A stretch of DNA of 64,000 bases from Raillietiella orientalis (taxonomy: Eukaryota). Below the pieces are notes generated by a model that saw only the letters and a list, made by a program, of their open reading frames with translations, had not been told where the DNA came from and did not search any database. A program made the translations under genes and the position numbers. Below, piece after piece: positions 49,001-62,379 of the stretch; within the stretch, counting starts at the first letter, position 1, and each line of letters opens with the position of its first letter. Where the stretch lies: NCBI GenBank assembly GCA_036172245.1, contig JAYWIR010000009.1, forward strand, positions 4,650,001-4,714,000, written 5' to 3'.

Positions 49001-52000
49001 AGCGCTGCACATTCAATCGGGTGGAAGGCAACACGACGCGAGCGAAATCGAACGAAATGACGAAAGTCAGGCGGATTCAGAAACGAGGATTTCCCACGGG
49101 TTACCACCTTTTTGCTCGCTCTCCACGACAGTTTCTGTTCCGCGCTCTACGAGCGCCCACCGAAGGTAACTCTCCGCTTCGAGCGCTGCTTTGCTTGGGG
49201 GCAACGGGCAAGAAGACGAAACTGACGCTTGAGCCGAAGAACCTTCAAGGCATGCAAACCATGTACGAAAAAAAGAGGGGAAAAAAGGGAGGGACTCGGA
49301 AAGAAAAAAGGTGCTACCGGAAGAAGCGACGGAAGACGTCAGCATGCGCTATAAGAAAAATGGTGGCTCATTAACTCCGGAACGGAGCCGCGGTCCGTTG
49401 CACCAATCAGAATCCTCGAATGAGGGAGCCGTCGGCTTGACCCCGAGAGTGTCCACGGGTCAGACGGGAGAGCGTGGCCTCCCAACAGATTGCTCCCCGT
49501 AGTCCAGATCTTCCGCAGGATCGCGCTATCGGGTGACCTCCTGTTTTGTTGTTGGTCCTGCACAGGTGAGGTCTCTCGGCAATGACCTCCTGTCTCTCCA
49601 CCCTTCCCGTCCACGTCGGCGTTTTCCTGGATGACGACGCGGCACCCCCCGCTTTTGGGGACATAGGCAAAGGGCGTAATCGGGCGGCACCCAAGCCTCT
49701 CCCTCTCTGGGAGCAGCGTGGACCTGTCCGAGCGCGCCGGCCTATGGAGGTCGCCCTCCAGTCCTGCTCCGGGCAGGCCCTCGTCGGCCGCCGCCCGAGG
49801 CTCTCTGGCAGGATACGCATCTCCAAGGCGACCTCTCTCTTTCTCCCCCCTCCTTTCTTCCCTCCGATGAGAGTGAAGGAGGGCAGGTTCTCTCCCGAAG
49901 GGCTCTTCCGTTCTCTGACCCACTTCTGCCTAAAGCTTCCCCAGGACATGGGGTCTGGCCTTTCCGAAAGTCCTCGGGAACGGCGGGTGAAGAAGCACCC
50001 TGCTTGCTTACGTCTGCGTCGCCGCTTGTACTGCCCCGCGGGCCCTGGTCATCTCCCTGCCTGCCTGGGACCAGGTCTTCGCCGTCGCCGACCGGGCACC
50101 TGCTGGCAAAGTCCCCGAATCTGAAGAGGGAGGTCAGCAGCCCCCGGGCCAGATCGCAGTTGTTGTCTTTCAGCGCCTGCAAGAAAGCCGGGAGGTCAGA
50201 GGGTGAGCGTTCGCCAGGGGCGGTCGGGAGGCCGCTCCTGGCGGGGAAGCAGGGGGCGGGCAGAGCCGCTTTGCACCGAGGGAGGCCTCTTGTCCGCCCC
50301 TCGGGTCAGAGGAGTCACCTTCCCGATGCTGCAGAGTGGTCCGTCATTCTCCAACGCTGCGCCCAGGATGCTGAAGAGGTACCACAGGTTCTTGAGAACG
50401 CAGGAGTGGGGCGTGGGGTCACCCCCGCCCACGTGGGCCTCCTGAGGAGCGGACTCGAGCTCGTCCAGGCTATTGCCGAAGATCCCGTTCAGGAAAAACA
50501 TGATGGAAGCGTCCTGGGGAGACAGGGAGAGGAAGGACGAGCCAGTAGGAAGAAGAGCAGCAGAGCTACGCGGAAGCAGACACGAGGCGTGCGCGGAAAC
50601 GCTGGCGGCGAAACCTGGTGGCCGGCTGGTCTTCGACCGCCCACGGCGCTCTGAGGTGAACTCCTGGGGCTACGGGGGCAGTCCACGATCGGAGCAAAGG
50701 GCGGTCCCCTGCGTAGGAAGGAGGGAGGGAGATTAAGCGAGAAGGACTCCTCCGTCCGGGTGCGAAGGTTCAAAGCTGGGTGGAGGCGGGAATCCTCGAC
50801 GGTGGGCGCGCGCGCGCTCTCTCCAGCGGTGTCACTTCTCCCACTCGCCGCCGGGAGAGATCCGAGCACTCACTCTCCGAGAGGCCGCCCTCACCTTCCA
50901 GAAGATCTTCTTCAGGAGAGCGTTCCTGACCATGGCGTAAGTCTCCATCAGGAAAGGAGACCCGGGGTCCGCAGCACGGCGGTCCCCTTCCGAGACCTCC
51001 CTGAAGTAGTTGGAGAAGGCTTCTTCCGATCGGAGCTCCGTGGGTGCCGTCGCGTCCTCCCGGTCTGCGGACATCTTCCTCGGGGGATAGCGGCATCCAG
51101 GGAGGCGGAGGGCCCGCCCGCGCTTACCGAAAGAGCGCCGATCCAGCTCGTCCTCAGCCACCTGGGCAGGTCGGAGTCCACGTCGAGCAGGTACACGTCC
51201 GTCCTCTTCTGCAGACACCGAGGGCGCGGCTCCGCGGCCGGCGCCACCGGGCGGAGGAGCAGCCGCCTCAGTTCGGCCGCGATTCTGCCCCTGGGGGGGG
51301 GGGAACCGTGCTCAGGGAGGGCCGGAAGGGGGGAGGCGCTTACCACGTCGAAGGTTCCTCTTCATCGCCGCCGGAGGCGTCCGTCACGCGGATGCTAGGC
51401 ACGCGCTGCCTTCGGTCCGCTGCCGGCACGTCATATCTGTCCGCGGCGGCGGGGGCGGCGCCTTCTCTCGTCGGGGTGGCGGCGCACGTCGAGAACACGG
51501 AGGGCCTCCTGCTCCACTCGTGGATCGACGTCAGGGAGCGCGAGGGCCTCACGCCCCCACCCGGAGGAGGGCACAGCAGCTGCCCTGCCAGGTGTCTGCT
51601 GGAAACGGCACCCGCACTCGGGTCAAGTCGGAGGGCAGAGCGCTGGGGGCGGCGCCTCGCGAGGACCGCATTGCCGAGCAACCGTGCGCGACGAACGAGT
51701 CTTTCAGGACAACGAAGGAGGAAGGTGGAGGCGCCTCGCCATCTCCGAAAAAAGGAGGGCGTCGCCCCGAGAATGCGTAGCTCCCTTCCCTCGCTCGTCC
51801 CCGGTGGGGCCCGCCGACCGCCGCTTGGGAAACGGCCACGACTCGAGGGCGCCTCTCTTCGCAGGGGAAGAGCGGCGCTCCAGAAGGGAGGGCGACGGCG
51901 GCTCGGCCGCTCCGCATCCCGTTGTTGTCCGGGGCGCGGTTGAGGATTCTGACCCGAAGGGCGACCCGTCGCAAGGCCGCAGGGCCGCCAAGCCGCCTCA

Positions 52001-55000
52001 CCTGTCCTCCAGCATCCTCTCTATGATCTCCCTGCCGCTCGCCTGCCCCGCGTCGGAGGAGCGGCTCCCAGGAAAGCGGCAGCGTGGCGGTTCCTCGGCA
52101 CCCGCTGTCACCTTGCCTCCGGCGCTCCACCGGGTCAACTTTCCTCGCATATATTCGCTCTCCAGGCTCGCCCGCCTCAGCAGGGACTTCTCCTGCAGGT
52201 TCACTGGGGACAGGAGGCACCTGTCCAGCAGTCCCGACCTCAGGGTCTCGCCCCCGCGCGCAGAGGACGCCTTGGCGTCCTCGTCCTCCTTCTCGCGGCC
52301 GACGCTTTGGATCACCAGGTGGCAGCACGGCCTGTCCTTTTCTCTCAGGAAGTTCACAGTCTCATAAACCTGGAACAGCGACAACGGGACAGTCTAGGAG
52401 GGGGAGAGGGGGGGGGGACACAAGAAACCGCACCCCTCGCCCGCTTCGTCATGCAGCTACTGGCAACCCTGGGAGATGGGGGCTGGCGGCGCAGCCCGCA
52501 GCAACGAGGGGGAGCAGGCGTCCGACTTTCGACTAGCTCCTCCGCCCTATCCTTGGCGGGTCGCGCTCGTCCTCGACCCCTCCCCCGCCGAAAGGGAGTG
52601 GCTGTGGAAACGCTCTTCGCTGACAGGTCGAAGAGGAGACCTCCCGCCGGGCTCGAGCGCTCCCCTTAGCCGCAAGGCACGTCTGCCAAAAGTGAGCCAG
52701 TCCAACCCAGACCCTTGGAGAGGAACGTTGAGGTCACGCTCTGACCATTGAAACTACATGTTCCGTGTTCCCTCTCATTCCGAGATAGAGATACGTGCAC
52801 GCTGGAAGTCCTTTGTGTATGTGTTTGCTCCGATCTGGTCCGACTTTGCGAGCCGTGAGCAAAGGGAAGAAAGCTGGCGAATTCTGGACTTCCAGTGTTC
52901 CTCGGTGACAAGGAGCTCCTATTTGCTACGCGTGCAATCTGTACGCGAGCGCTGACATCTATCCTTGAACAAAGGAACCGTTCGTCATTCGATCGACTCA
53001 CGCGTGAACCGCGTCTCCAGGGTGTTCGATGTAAACCGAACTCCGCATCGTACAAAGGAAAGGAAAACAGGTACAAAGAAAAAAGGCAGCGGCAAGAGCC
53101 CGTACAACTGGGAACATCGAGTCTGCTGTAAGCATACATTACAACAAATTATTTCTCATTCCACATTCATGTGCCCTGAATGGAATGAAGAAAGGCCCAT
53201 ACCCATATTACGCCAACTGTCTTCCCAATCACGTGTGAGTTTCTCATCCCGCCAGAAGGTTCATTAAAATCTAATGTGCCTGGCCCCACCTAGAGAATAT
53301 CCCCCCATCTTACGATCACTTTGCATTTACGAGAACCCTGGGCCCTAGCAAAAGTTTCAGCGAGTCCGCCACGCGATAGACCTTGGAATGGAACCTCTCT
53401 GGGCTTCTCTTCGCGTAGCTGTGGATAGTGAAAAAAAGGTGAAGTACTGACCGATGGTTCTCCGAGGACTCAGCTCATGTTTGGGTTCAGCGATTTTGTG
53501 AACGAAGATGGCATCTTACTCGAGATTTCTAATGATGGGAACTTGCTTTCTGCAGGCACACGTTTAAAGGATTGAGTCCGCGACGTATTTCTGTTTACAC
53601 AGCTCCTCTGGCACAATCTGCAAAGCGGATGATTCGGCATAGACCTCTTCTTGTTTAGGTCTTCCAGAGAGAATTCTGTAAACCTTCCTTCCTTAACCCA
53701 AAGCCTTTGAAATTAAACAGCTCTTTTACTGAACATATAATGAAGATGAGCCGATACAGTCCTACGGAAAGGAGATTCCTGCTACACCAGAAACAAGGAA
53801 TGTCTTGGGAACAGGTGAGAGCGGTAGAGTTTTTTGTTTGTTTTTTCTCCCCCTTCCCTGCTCCCCACCCTACGAGATGCATGGATAGCAGGCGAGCCAC
53901 ATTTTCCTCCTGCCACCACCGGCACCACAGCGGTACTGAAGGGATGGCTGCCGCTACCCCGAGAACTGCGTCTTCCAGAAGTGTACAAAAACAGACCGCC
54001 ACCGTTCGTATACAGAAAACGGGAAGGAACGTTCCCGATGGCCGCTCTCTCATCGCCGTCGTTGAGCTGCCATTTTTGCCTGCAAGTGGTCACGCGGAAA
54101 TCATCCAAGCAGTGCCGATCACGTGCTTGCGCAGGCACAGCAGGTCCCCTGGGGGAGGGAGAAGGATGTTTGCCCTGCTGTTCCAGCAGGACGGAAAAGC
54201 AACTTGCAGAAGCGTCGACTTGCCACTGCACTTGGGCGGAATAAATCATCACGGAAACCACGGTTTACTTGGACCGGTTCTTTACTCGAGGCAAGCAAAT
54301 CCTCATGGCCAGCAGAAGCGCAAGGTAAACACGGAAGAAGACTGCGTCTTAAACGGGCTGCGACAACATCTTTACACTTTCGTCTGGTATGCGTCTGGAA
54401 CTGATGAATGCTTAACTGGGGAGGGTTTGTTTTCCATGGGAATTTGTAATGATTCAAAGACGTTCACTTGGCTCGGTCACTACCGCTTGCTGCTTCTTTC
54501 CTTGCTCGTTGACGATGACTTCCTCCGTGCTCGCGCACCTTCCGAAGCAATGGTTCTACCAGGCAGGGCTTCGCAGCATCGCGGACGTAGTTCGAAATGA
54601 CCCCCGACTTGATGTTTGCTCCCTTTCGGGCCTGCTTAAGGATGGGAGACTGCAATCTCCGCAACATGAAACAGCATCGCCTAACACGGCGGTACGGATA
54701 GAATTTCGCAGCTTCGAAGTGTCTGCTGGAAAACGTCGCATCCCCCGCGAAGGAAGAGAGCGCACGCTTCCAGCCGAGCAGGAAGTTTCTGGAATCCGAA
54801 GGGACCGGAAAACCCGGAGCAGACCGTTCCTCGGGGCTGCGGGCTCCCTCACAACTCAGGGCGACCTGTCCCTTCTCATAGGAGTTCCACGGACCCAGGA
54901 ATGGAGGATACGGCAGCAATTATAAAAGGCACAAAATGTACCTTGAAACTCGGTGGCAGTGGGAATGCTTACAGTTTCACTTTAAAACAAAAAAAAAAAA

Positions 55001-56800
55001 AAAATGCTTCTAGAGTTTTGCTGATGCTGAATCATTAAATAAACGCTCGAGTTTTTTTCCATTTGGACGATCCTGGTTGCCCAGAGTTTCAACCTGCTTC
55101 AATCATGCGTCCTCGTTCCTTCTAAAAAAAAAAAAGGAACTGAACCGACGCTGCGCCACAAAGTTGAAGTTCCCGCCGAAGTGGGCCGATTTGGCGCGTG
55201 GTGCGGGGACGTCGCCACCTTGGAGTCGACGGTACGTATGCTAAAATTGGGGTCGCTTTTCACAGGAATCCACCGCATTCAAAAGGCGAACTGGAAAGAG
55301 ACCGTGGGGCCGAAGAGAGCGCGCCGAAACGGATGCAACTGAGAAACGGGAAAGAGGCACGGAATTCGATGGAGCACGAGAGACCACGCTTTCCCTACAA
55401 ACGGCTTCTGGATTTGGGAATTTCCTCGGGGATCACAAGTCGGGGCTGCGAAGAATCAACGACGCAAGAACAATCATCGGGAGGAAATCGAAAAAAGCAG
55501 GAGAAAGAATCGCGTGCTCCCGTTCGTGAAGCACGAACGGCAGTTCGGGAAAGACTAGACTTCCAGACTGCAAGCGATCGACCTGACCAGACATCAAGCA
55601 TCTGCGCCCAGGTGTTGTTGTTGTTTCACAGTGGAGCGGAGAGAATGCAATCCAGGACAGAGAAGACCAAAAGAGGCTGGAGACGTGCAGTCCCGGAGAA
55701 GGAGGCAGAAAATCTACATCCAGAAGGCCAAGGTCGTTCGAACGCATCCCAACGCTGGCGCGGAAGATTTTCGACCACGCACTTCGCTCTTCGCGTGGGA
55801 TTCCTCCGAGGTGCCCTCGATCCGACTCCGTTGATTCCCGTTGTGTTCAGCCTGCGGCGGGACGGACGCTCGACTCGACCGAACGAGGGGAAGATTCGGT
55901 CCTGATGAGCTCCGCACGACACGTCCTCCTTTGCAGACGGAGCAGCCGCTCTCGCATAGAGGGAAGCGTCCGCACGCGCGCCCGTCGGGTTGAGGGCGGC
56001 GGCCTTGCTCGCACGCCGGCAGGATGCACCAAAGCCTGTAATCGCATCCTCGCGTGAAGGCCTTGTGCGCTCATCTGCGGCAGCACGCGTCGCCAAGATG
56101 CCAGGAGCAGACGGGATCGATCTCTCCATCCCACTCGTGTGGTATGGAAAGTCCCGTGCGACGTTCGTGAAACCCGCGCCTTCGCCCACCCGCTGCTGCC
56201 GCCCGCGAACAACATCTCGACCCTGGCTCGACGCTTTTCCCGTCGCCCAGCAACGAGCCGGAGAACCCGAGAGGGAGGCGGATGATCCAGGATCAAACAT
56301 GGGTCCACCTCCAGAAAATGCCAGCGTTTCAGCTGCTAAGAAAACATGGCTTACTACTTGGATGCTCCGGATCTGCTTAAGCTTGAGGAGTTCTCTGACC
56401 CTTTTCGGAGGGAACTCGCACAGCAGCAGGGCATCGTTCGTGACGATGATGTAATTCAGCTTCAGCTTGTCTCTGTCTGCGATCTTCAAGGCACACATCT
56501 CATAGCACCTGCAACACAAAATGCACACAGGCACGCTGGATAGGATCGTGTTTGCTGGAGGAGGTGCGCCACCCCCCACCCGCAACACAAAATCGATCGG
56601 CGATTTCAATAAATAGCGCAACAGCAATGGCGGGCGATGCCGCCACCACAGATCGATGTCCTCCAAGGACTGTGGCGGAGGCTGGCCTCAGCTCTGCTGC
56701 ACCAGGGGGACACCGCAAGAGAATTGATGCGCCGCTTCTTCACGCCAGGAGGCCTGTCCTTAGGTGCGGTGCTCGCAACGGTGCGTTGCACCCGCGCCAT
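43069..56800 (-). CDS. C12orf56/DUF4551-like uncharacterised protein, ~12 exons
   Basis: Phase-compatible exons 56508-56355, 52369-52002, 51436-51344, 51290-51128, 51074-50895, 50513-50319, 50176-50012, 44431-44312, 44184-43997 and 43231-43069, plus tentative 5' exons at ~56800-56580. Collinear similarity to remembered C12orf56 motifs: RCYEMC...YIIVT...LCEFPPKRVR, DVYLL...LRTSW, RSEE, LLKKIFWK, LFQLFLVFEQ, FQDEYRYFL...FPL. The 5' end is uncertain. Confidence 0.75.
45930..47000 (+). mobile_element. Possible decayed LINE 3' remnant in the C12orf56-like 5.6 kb intron
   Basis: SIGHS...PYV..QP..ICC resembles the R.GH...C..C..H C-terminal motif of I-group LINEs; very degenerate. Confidence 0.25.
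53620..54930 (-). mobile_element. Decayed L1/Tx1-like ORF2 remnant in a C12orf56-like intron
   Basis: FLGPW, RLQSPILKQARKGANIKSGV and PCFWC...RLIFIIC fragments occur in the order expected for RT thumb to CCHC region. Confidence 0.35.
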
Positions 56801-58379
56801 CGACAAGGCCCACTGAGAGCTGGAGAAGCTGGCGATTCGTCGTGAGGTCACCGGAATAGCCAGAGTGAACATGGCGGCCGAGTGGGCCCATCTTCCAGAG
56901 GATGTTAGGAGCGAGATCTCCGGCATCCACCGCCGGTTCTGAAGGAAAGGAACTGCCCGAGCCAAAGACCCCTGTCCCCTCTCCTCCCCATATCTTTATT
57001 TCTATTTTTTATATGTGTATTTGTGGTCCCCTCCCTCCGGTTCGGACTTTCGGTTTACCGACCTGCGACCCCCCCCATTCGTTTCTTCTGTGTCCTTTGT
57101 CCGGGAACTCTGTTCCCGGATAGTTTAGCAATAAACGCCCCGGAGCACCCGAGCGAGAAACAGATGGATGCGCGGTCACGTGGCTGCACGCATTGTTGCC
57201 ACCATGACTTTGCGACGAGTCGCGGGAAAATGTGGCGTTCGCAGGGATGCCACATTTTCCCGCGATAAGGTGGCTCGGAAGAGAAACACGGGAGGGGGGG
57301 GCGGGGCAGCTGTGGCTCCGTCATTCTGCCGAAGCCTCGATGCCCCACGCAAAGACCGGCACCAGCCCTGATTCGCAAGCGGCCACTCTCCGCGGGAGCG
57401 GGAGCCTTGTAACCGAGCGTGCCGGGATTCTGCACGCGTCCCCCTCCGTTTTTTTCATCAGCCCGCGTCGCTGCGAAATGCACACCGAAGGTGCGCTGAT
57501 AGGAAACGGAAGGAGAGGGGAAGAGCTTTTCCGGATGCCTCTGCACCCCTGAGCACGCAAGCGAAATTCCCGAGCTCTCGGGAACTCGCCGCTCCCTCCA
57601 TCCTTTCAGCGCTCGAAGGCGATCGAATCCGCGGGCCGCTCACGTGCGGAAGGTAGCGGGAAGAAGTCGAGGGAGGAGGGAACTAGGGACGCTGATCGAA
57701 ACGGAAAAAGTCTGGCGCCGAATTCAGTTGAGAACGGGAGCGACACCTGTTGGTCCAACGCCTCCTTGTTCTATCTTCCTCTTCGCATGATGGCCGAAGG
57801 CACCCCAGTCGCCTTCCTGATCAATGTGCGAGGGAAGGTGAGCAGAGGTCGCCGAGACGACGCGTAGCACAAAGCACGCTCCGCAAACGGGGAGTGCAGT
57901 TTCCATCAGGCTGCTGTGTCACCGGCGGCCCCACCTTCCCCAACCCGGCAACACGGCCCACTATGCCTTCTTAGCCAGCCTCTCCTGTTCCTGGATGGCC
58001 CTTTTCGATCTTCAGCTGCCGTGGTGTTTTCTTCTTCCGGCCTCCCGTCTTTTTTCATACACGCACTCCTGGGGAATTGTCCTTCATAAGACTGGACTCC
58101 CTAGCGAGGATCAAGGACCGCTGTCTTCCTTATCTTCGAAAGGACCTCCGTCCTGATCCTCGGGCGCTGCCGCGGGTAGGAATCTCGAAACAGGACGATC
58201 GAGCTGGAGAGAGCCGTAGCATGGAATCGTCGTGTGTGCGGTCGGGAGCAACGGGACCTCCGCCACGCGGTTCCCAGGGACGAGGTTCGGAGCGGCCAAG
58301 CAGGGCGTCGCTGCGTCAGTGGGATCGAACGGAATTCCGTCCTTTCGTGTCCGTTCGTCCGCGTGTGAGGCCATGTGGT

Positions 58380-58980
58380 CACGGTCTCAGGCGCGTGGCA
58401 CCATCATGCGTTGAGGGTTCGAATACTCGGAGAAGGATCGGTGCCGAAAGATGGGGGGGGGGCGTCGCGGGTTGGAGTTCCTCCCGCGAGATGACACTGA
58501 TCAGCTGATATTCATTCAGATGCGGCGCCGGTAGCGGTTCAAACCGGATGCCCCCGATGAGTGGCCGGGACAATGGGAGTCAACCCTCCGGGTCCTTCCA
58601 GGAATCAAGGAGTGAGAGTTCTTCTCCGGCTGGGCAAAGGAGCGGGCCCCGCTTCACAGGGGAACCCTCCGTGGAGTAGTTATATTGCCACCTCTCCAGA
58701 GGGCAAAGAAGCGTGCCACTCCCTTTGAGTTTCTCTTCAGAGGAGTAAACAGGAGCGGATCCATCCGGGAGTCCCTCCGGAGACAATAAGGAAGGAGATT
58801 CCATTGGGAAATTCCTCCTCAGGCGCTAGAGGAAGAATAAGGAATGGGATGAGGAGGGCAGCGCCGGAAAGAGGAACCGGAACTTTTGCGTTCCGTGAAT
58901 TCGCGACATTCGGACTCCGACCTGCGAGCGGAAGGTCTGGGATTCCGGCCTCTCATCCCACGCAGGTGACCTGGATCGGT
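58380..58980 (-). repeat. Dispersed repeat family, copy 2 (copy 1 at ~17360-18050)
   Basis: See 17360-18050; same orientation, diverged, with indels. Confidence 0.85.
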
Positions 58981-59674
58981 CTCCTCCAAATCACCTTTTG
59001 GGGTTGGATGGTAGTCATCGTATTTCATGCATCACACAGCTGCGTGCATGCTGACCTTCCTTCTGGATGTCCTATCCATCCTCGGGCGAAAGAAAAGAGG
59101 GAGAGGGAGAGAAAAAAAAAATGCTGAGATTTCGCCACGGAGAGCATTCCGCTTTTTGTTGCGCAAGAGGTCCTCCGGAAGGCATCATTCGATAAAGCTG
59201 CAAAGGCTTCCGGTCGAAGAGCGGGAGCTGTCAGACCCAGACCGTCCCTCGAAGACAGCGAGCGCCCCGCACCCGCAGAGTTGGAAAGAGGCGCTATGAC
59301 CTCATCTGCAAGTAAACCTTGCTGGCGAGGTCATGGAGGAGTCGAACAGCGAATCCCTGTTTGCCCTTGCCGCCCCACCTCCGCATGGCGAGTTGGCACC
59401 CCTTTGCGGCACTTTGGGATGAATCCCGATTTTCCGCAGAAGTGTTGCGACGGAATCCCGTATCAGGTGTTTCTAAAAACACGAACGCACGGTTTAAGTA
59501 GGCTGACTTCCGCGTCATTCGAAACTTTCTTGGACAAAACAGCGCAAGAAGATGCTCTTTCCAGCGAGGAGCGGACGGAGCTGAAACTGTGGAACTGTTT
59601 CAATCGACCAATAAAATGCTGAGTTTTGATTTGTTTTTTTTTTTGTTTTGTGTGCATTAAGCTGAAGTAAACGC

Positions 59675-59722
59675 TTTCATTTCATTTTCATTCAGCCCCG
59701 TGAGCCTATAGGCCTACGGGGC
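59675..59722 (-). other. Stem-loop followed by (TGAAA)-like short repeats; possible LINE/SINE 3' terminus
   Basis: AGCCCCGT...GCCTATAGGC...ACGGGGCT palindrome adjacent to tttcatttcattttcattca. Confidence 0.5.
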
Positions 59723-59999
59723 TCGTATAACGCGGCAAGGTGCGTGTCTTCCGCGTTTTAGGAGGGAGTATCGCATTTGTTGAATTTTCCTGTCATCCGT
59801 GCAGTCTGTGCAGTCTCGAGATTTGGAGCAGAAGGGACGCACTTTCAATCCGCGGGGGATGGGGAGGACAAGAGCAGTAGCAAACACCCTGCGTCCGACT
59901 GTTCGGAAAGCCTCGGTTCCCCGCAGGCGTGGACGGATCTCTTCGGTCTTTCCTGGAAACGTGAAGGGTCAACGAGACTGCACTGAAGCCACCGATTCT

Positions 60000-62050
60000 C
60001 GATCCTCACCCGGAGCAGGAGCACTCCGTTGGAGAGGACGCCGAACTGCGGTCAAAGCAAGCGAATTTCTGAACCACCCGTTGTGGAGCGCGGCAGGGGT
60101 CAAAAAAAAAGACAATCGATTCGAGTGCACGCCAGCGCGATCCAACGAGGTTGCGAGTTGGTTGCGGAGGGACAGCTCATCCCACTGGGAACACCTGGCT
60201 ACGGCGGATCCACTTGCCTAGCTGAATCGATATTCGATAACTTTCGATCTTCCAGAAAGGAGGAGGAGTCGCAGCGACCGCTTCTTTTCGCGTGTCCATT
60301 CGAAGTCCGGCTTATGAGTACAGCATGCTCCATCCGAACAACTGCGTCTGTTTACCCATCTTCGTGCCTAACGACGGGAGCATCAGAGGAACCTTCCTCC
60401 CGAGCCGTCTCGACGCTCGCACCAAAGGCTATTTAAGCCGTAGGATCAAAGACGATGGGAGATGGTGAGATTGGATGTCAGGCCCCGCCGTTGTCTCTTC
60501 CCCTCCGCCCCTGAGAAGCGGATGCTTTTCCCCAAAAGACCCTTGGGAGTTTCCGACGGGATGCCTCGCTGCCAGATTGTTCAGCGGCTGCTCGAAGGCA
60601 AGACCGAAGTCTGCCGAGAAAGCGGCACACCCGCAGGGTCAAGGGCAGTGCTGCGAATGAGTAGCTCTCTGGTAGAGTTTGCCTGCCGTTTCTCGTGAGG
60701 AGGAGGAAGGGGTTGGATCCCAGAAGCCAAGTGAACCGAAGGGGAACAAAAACACGGTCGAAGCGAGGTCGAAGACTGGGATCCAATGGATATGGGACAC
60801 GTGGCGCGCCGCATTAAAAGCACGGGGAGTTTCAGCATCCATGCTGTTTACTGATGATGGTTCTTCGTCCAATACGAATGCCTCATTTCATCATCGACAG
60901 ACCTTGATCATTTGTGCACAGATGAAATCTGTGCCAAGCTACGTCTGTGGCCGCTGTTCAGATGCAACAGAACGACGGAATGGAGCATGGCTTGGAAGAG
61001 GTGATCCGTCAGATTGGGACAAAAATAAATAGAAGGGTAGAAGAAGCGAATATAGCGGCGAAGAGTGACGAATGCAAATGCCTTTTTGTGCGTAATCCTT
61101 CACCTCTGGCAACGTATTCACGGAATCTTCGAGAAACTCTGGGCGCGTATCGGCAGTGGGAGCCTTGCAGCCGAGCACGACTCGCGCCATTGGGACCGCA
61201 GGCCAAGAATTAACAGAAGTGCTGCCGAAGATCCTCAGTGGTTGATGAGCGGAATTTTGAAGAGTTCAAGCAGGGTTGGCGCACACTTTTCAGCCGTTTT
61301 CATCTTCTCGCTTTTCTGCTCTTCCTTCAAAGTAGTGGGTTGCCACCCATTGCCCCGTGTTCTTCGGGTTCCTGAGGGCACTTCAGGCAGCCATTGCCTC
61401 CTCTCTCATCAGAAGCGGACCTTCTTTTGATGGACCTCACTCGCCCCTAACCCGTTTTCCACAACACCCCCAATCTGATGCCGCACTCCTCCGTTCTGAG
61501 AGCAGATTTCTCTCCGTACAGATCCTCGACGCTCCCCATGTACCAAAAGGGAAGCATCAAAAACATCTTTTCAGAAGGCGAACGGCAATGAACGAGTGCC
61601 TCCTCCATCTGCTTTCCGTTTCTATGGCGATCCGTTCATCACTTTCTGCGTGATTACGCGAGGGCACCACGTGGCGAGTTCCCTGCATTTCTGGAAAGCT
61701 TCGTGAAGGATTCCCAGCATCCAATGTACCATCAGATGAGGGCGACAGCACGGCATCCAGCGAGTTCGTGTTTAGGCGAAACAGGTAACCACGGGATGCA
61801 GCCTGGGAAGTCACACAAGCGGTTGGCAGGAGTCGGAAGGAGTGAAGGCATGTGATGTCCATGGAGATTCATTCCGCAAGAATTCAAGTTGGGAATCCCC
61901 CCCCCCCATCCCTTTGGAAACCAACGAAGAACTTTTCGCGCGATCAAAACTTGAACAGCTGCACCGTCACCATGCCAAACATCCTCTCTTCCTATCACAA
62001 AGGAAACGGTTTCATCTGTTGGGCACGAGAGGATGACATCGGCGATGCCA
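60000..62050 (+). mobile_element. Possible decayed non-LTR RT remnant
   Basis: Fragments ANIAAKSDECKCLF...ETLGA, WRFIP and LETNEELFA appear in ORF2-like order; many stops. Confidence 0.25.
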
Positions 62051-62379
62051 CAGGGGGTGGCGAGATGAAATTTGTTTCCGGAGCGCCGGTGATGACTGCC
62101 CGATTTCGGATCCGGGAAGAAGGCTGAAATGTGGATCTTCCCCTCCTCCCCCCCTTCCCCACGAAACTACGTGGATGGACTGTCCGTGAAGCGCGAGGAA
62201 TTTTCTGTGCAATTTCCACCTTCGATTTTCGAGGCATCTCCGCAGGCCGCCGCCTCCCGCGCCCGGAAGGCGAGCCGCCCCGGTTCCCGGCGCCGGTTGG
62301 TGACTGCAGGGAGGGGGGGGGGCCGCATTCGGGACGGAACGTGCACGAGAGCAAGAGGAAAAGAGAAAACAAAAAAAAA

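Noticed and set aside
47012..49950. Minus-strand ORFs as extra C12orf56-like exons
   Set aside because: Exon 50176-50012 joins 44431-44312 directly in phase with continuous similarity, so these frames are not needed; treated as intronic.
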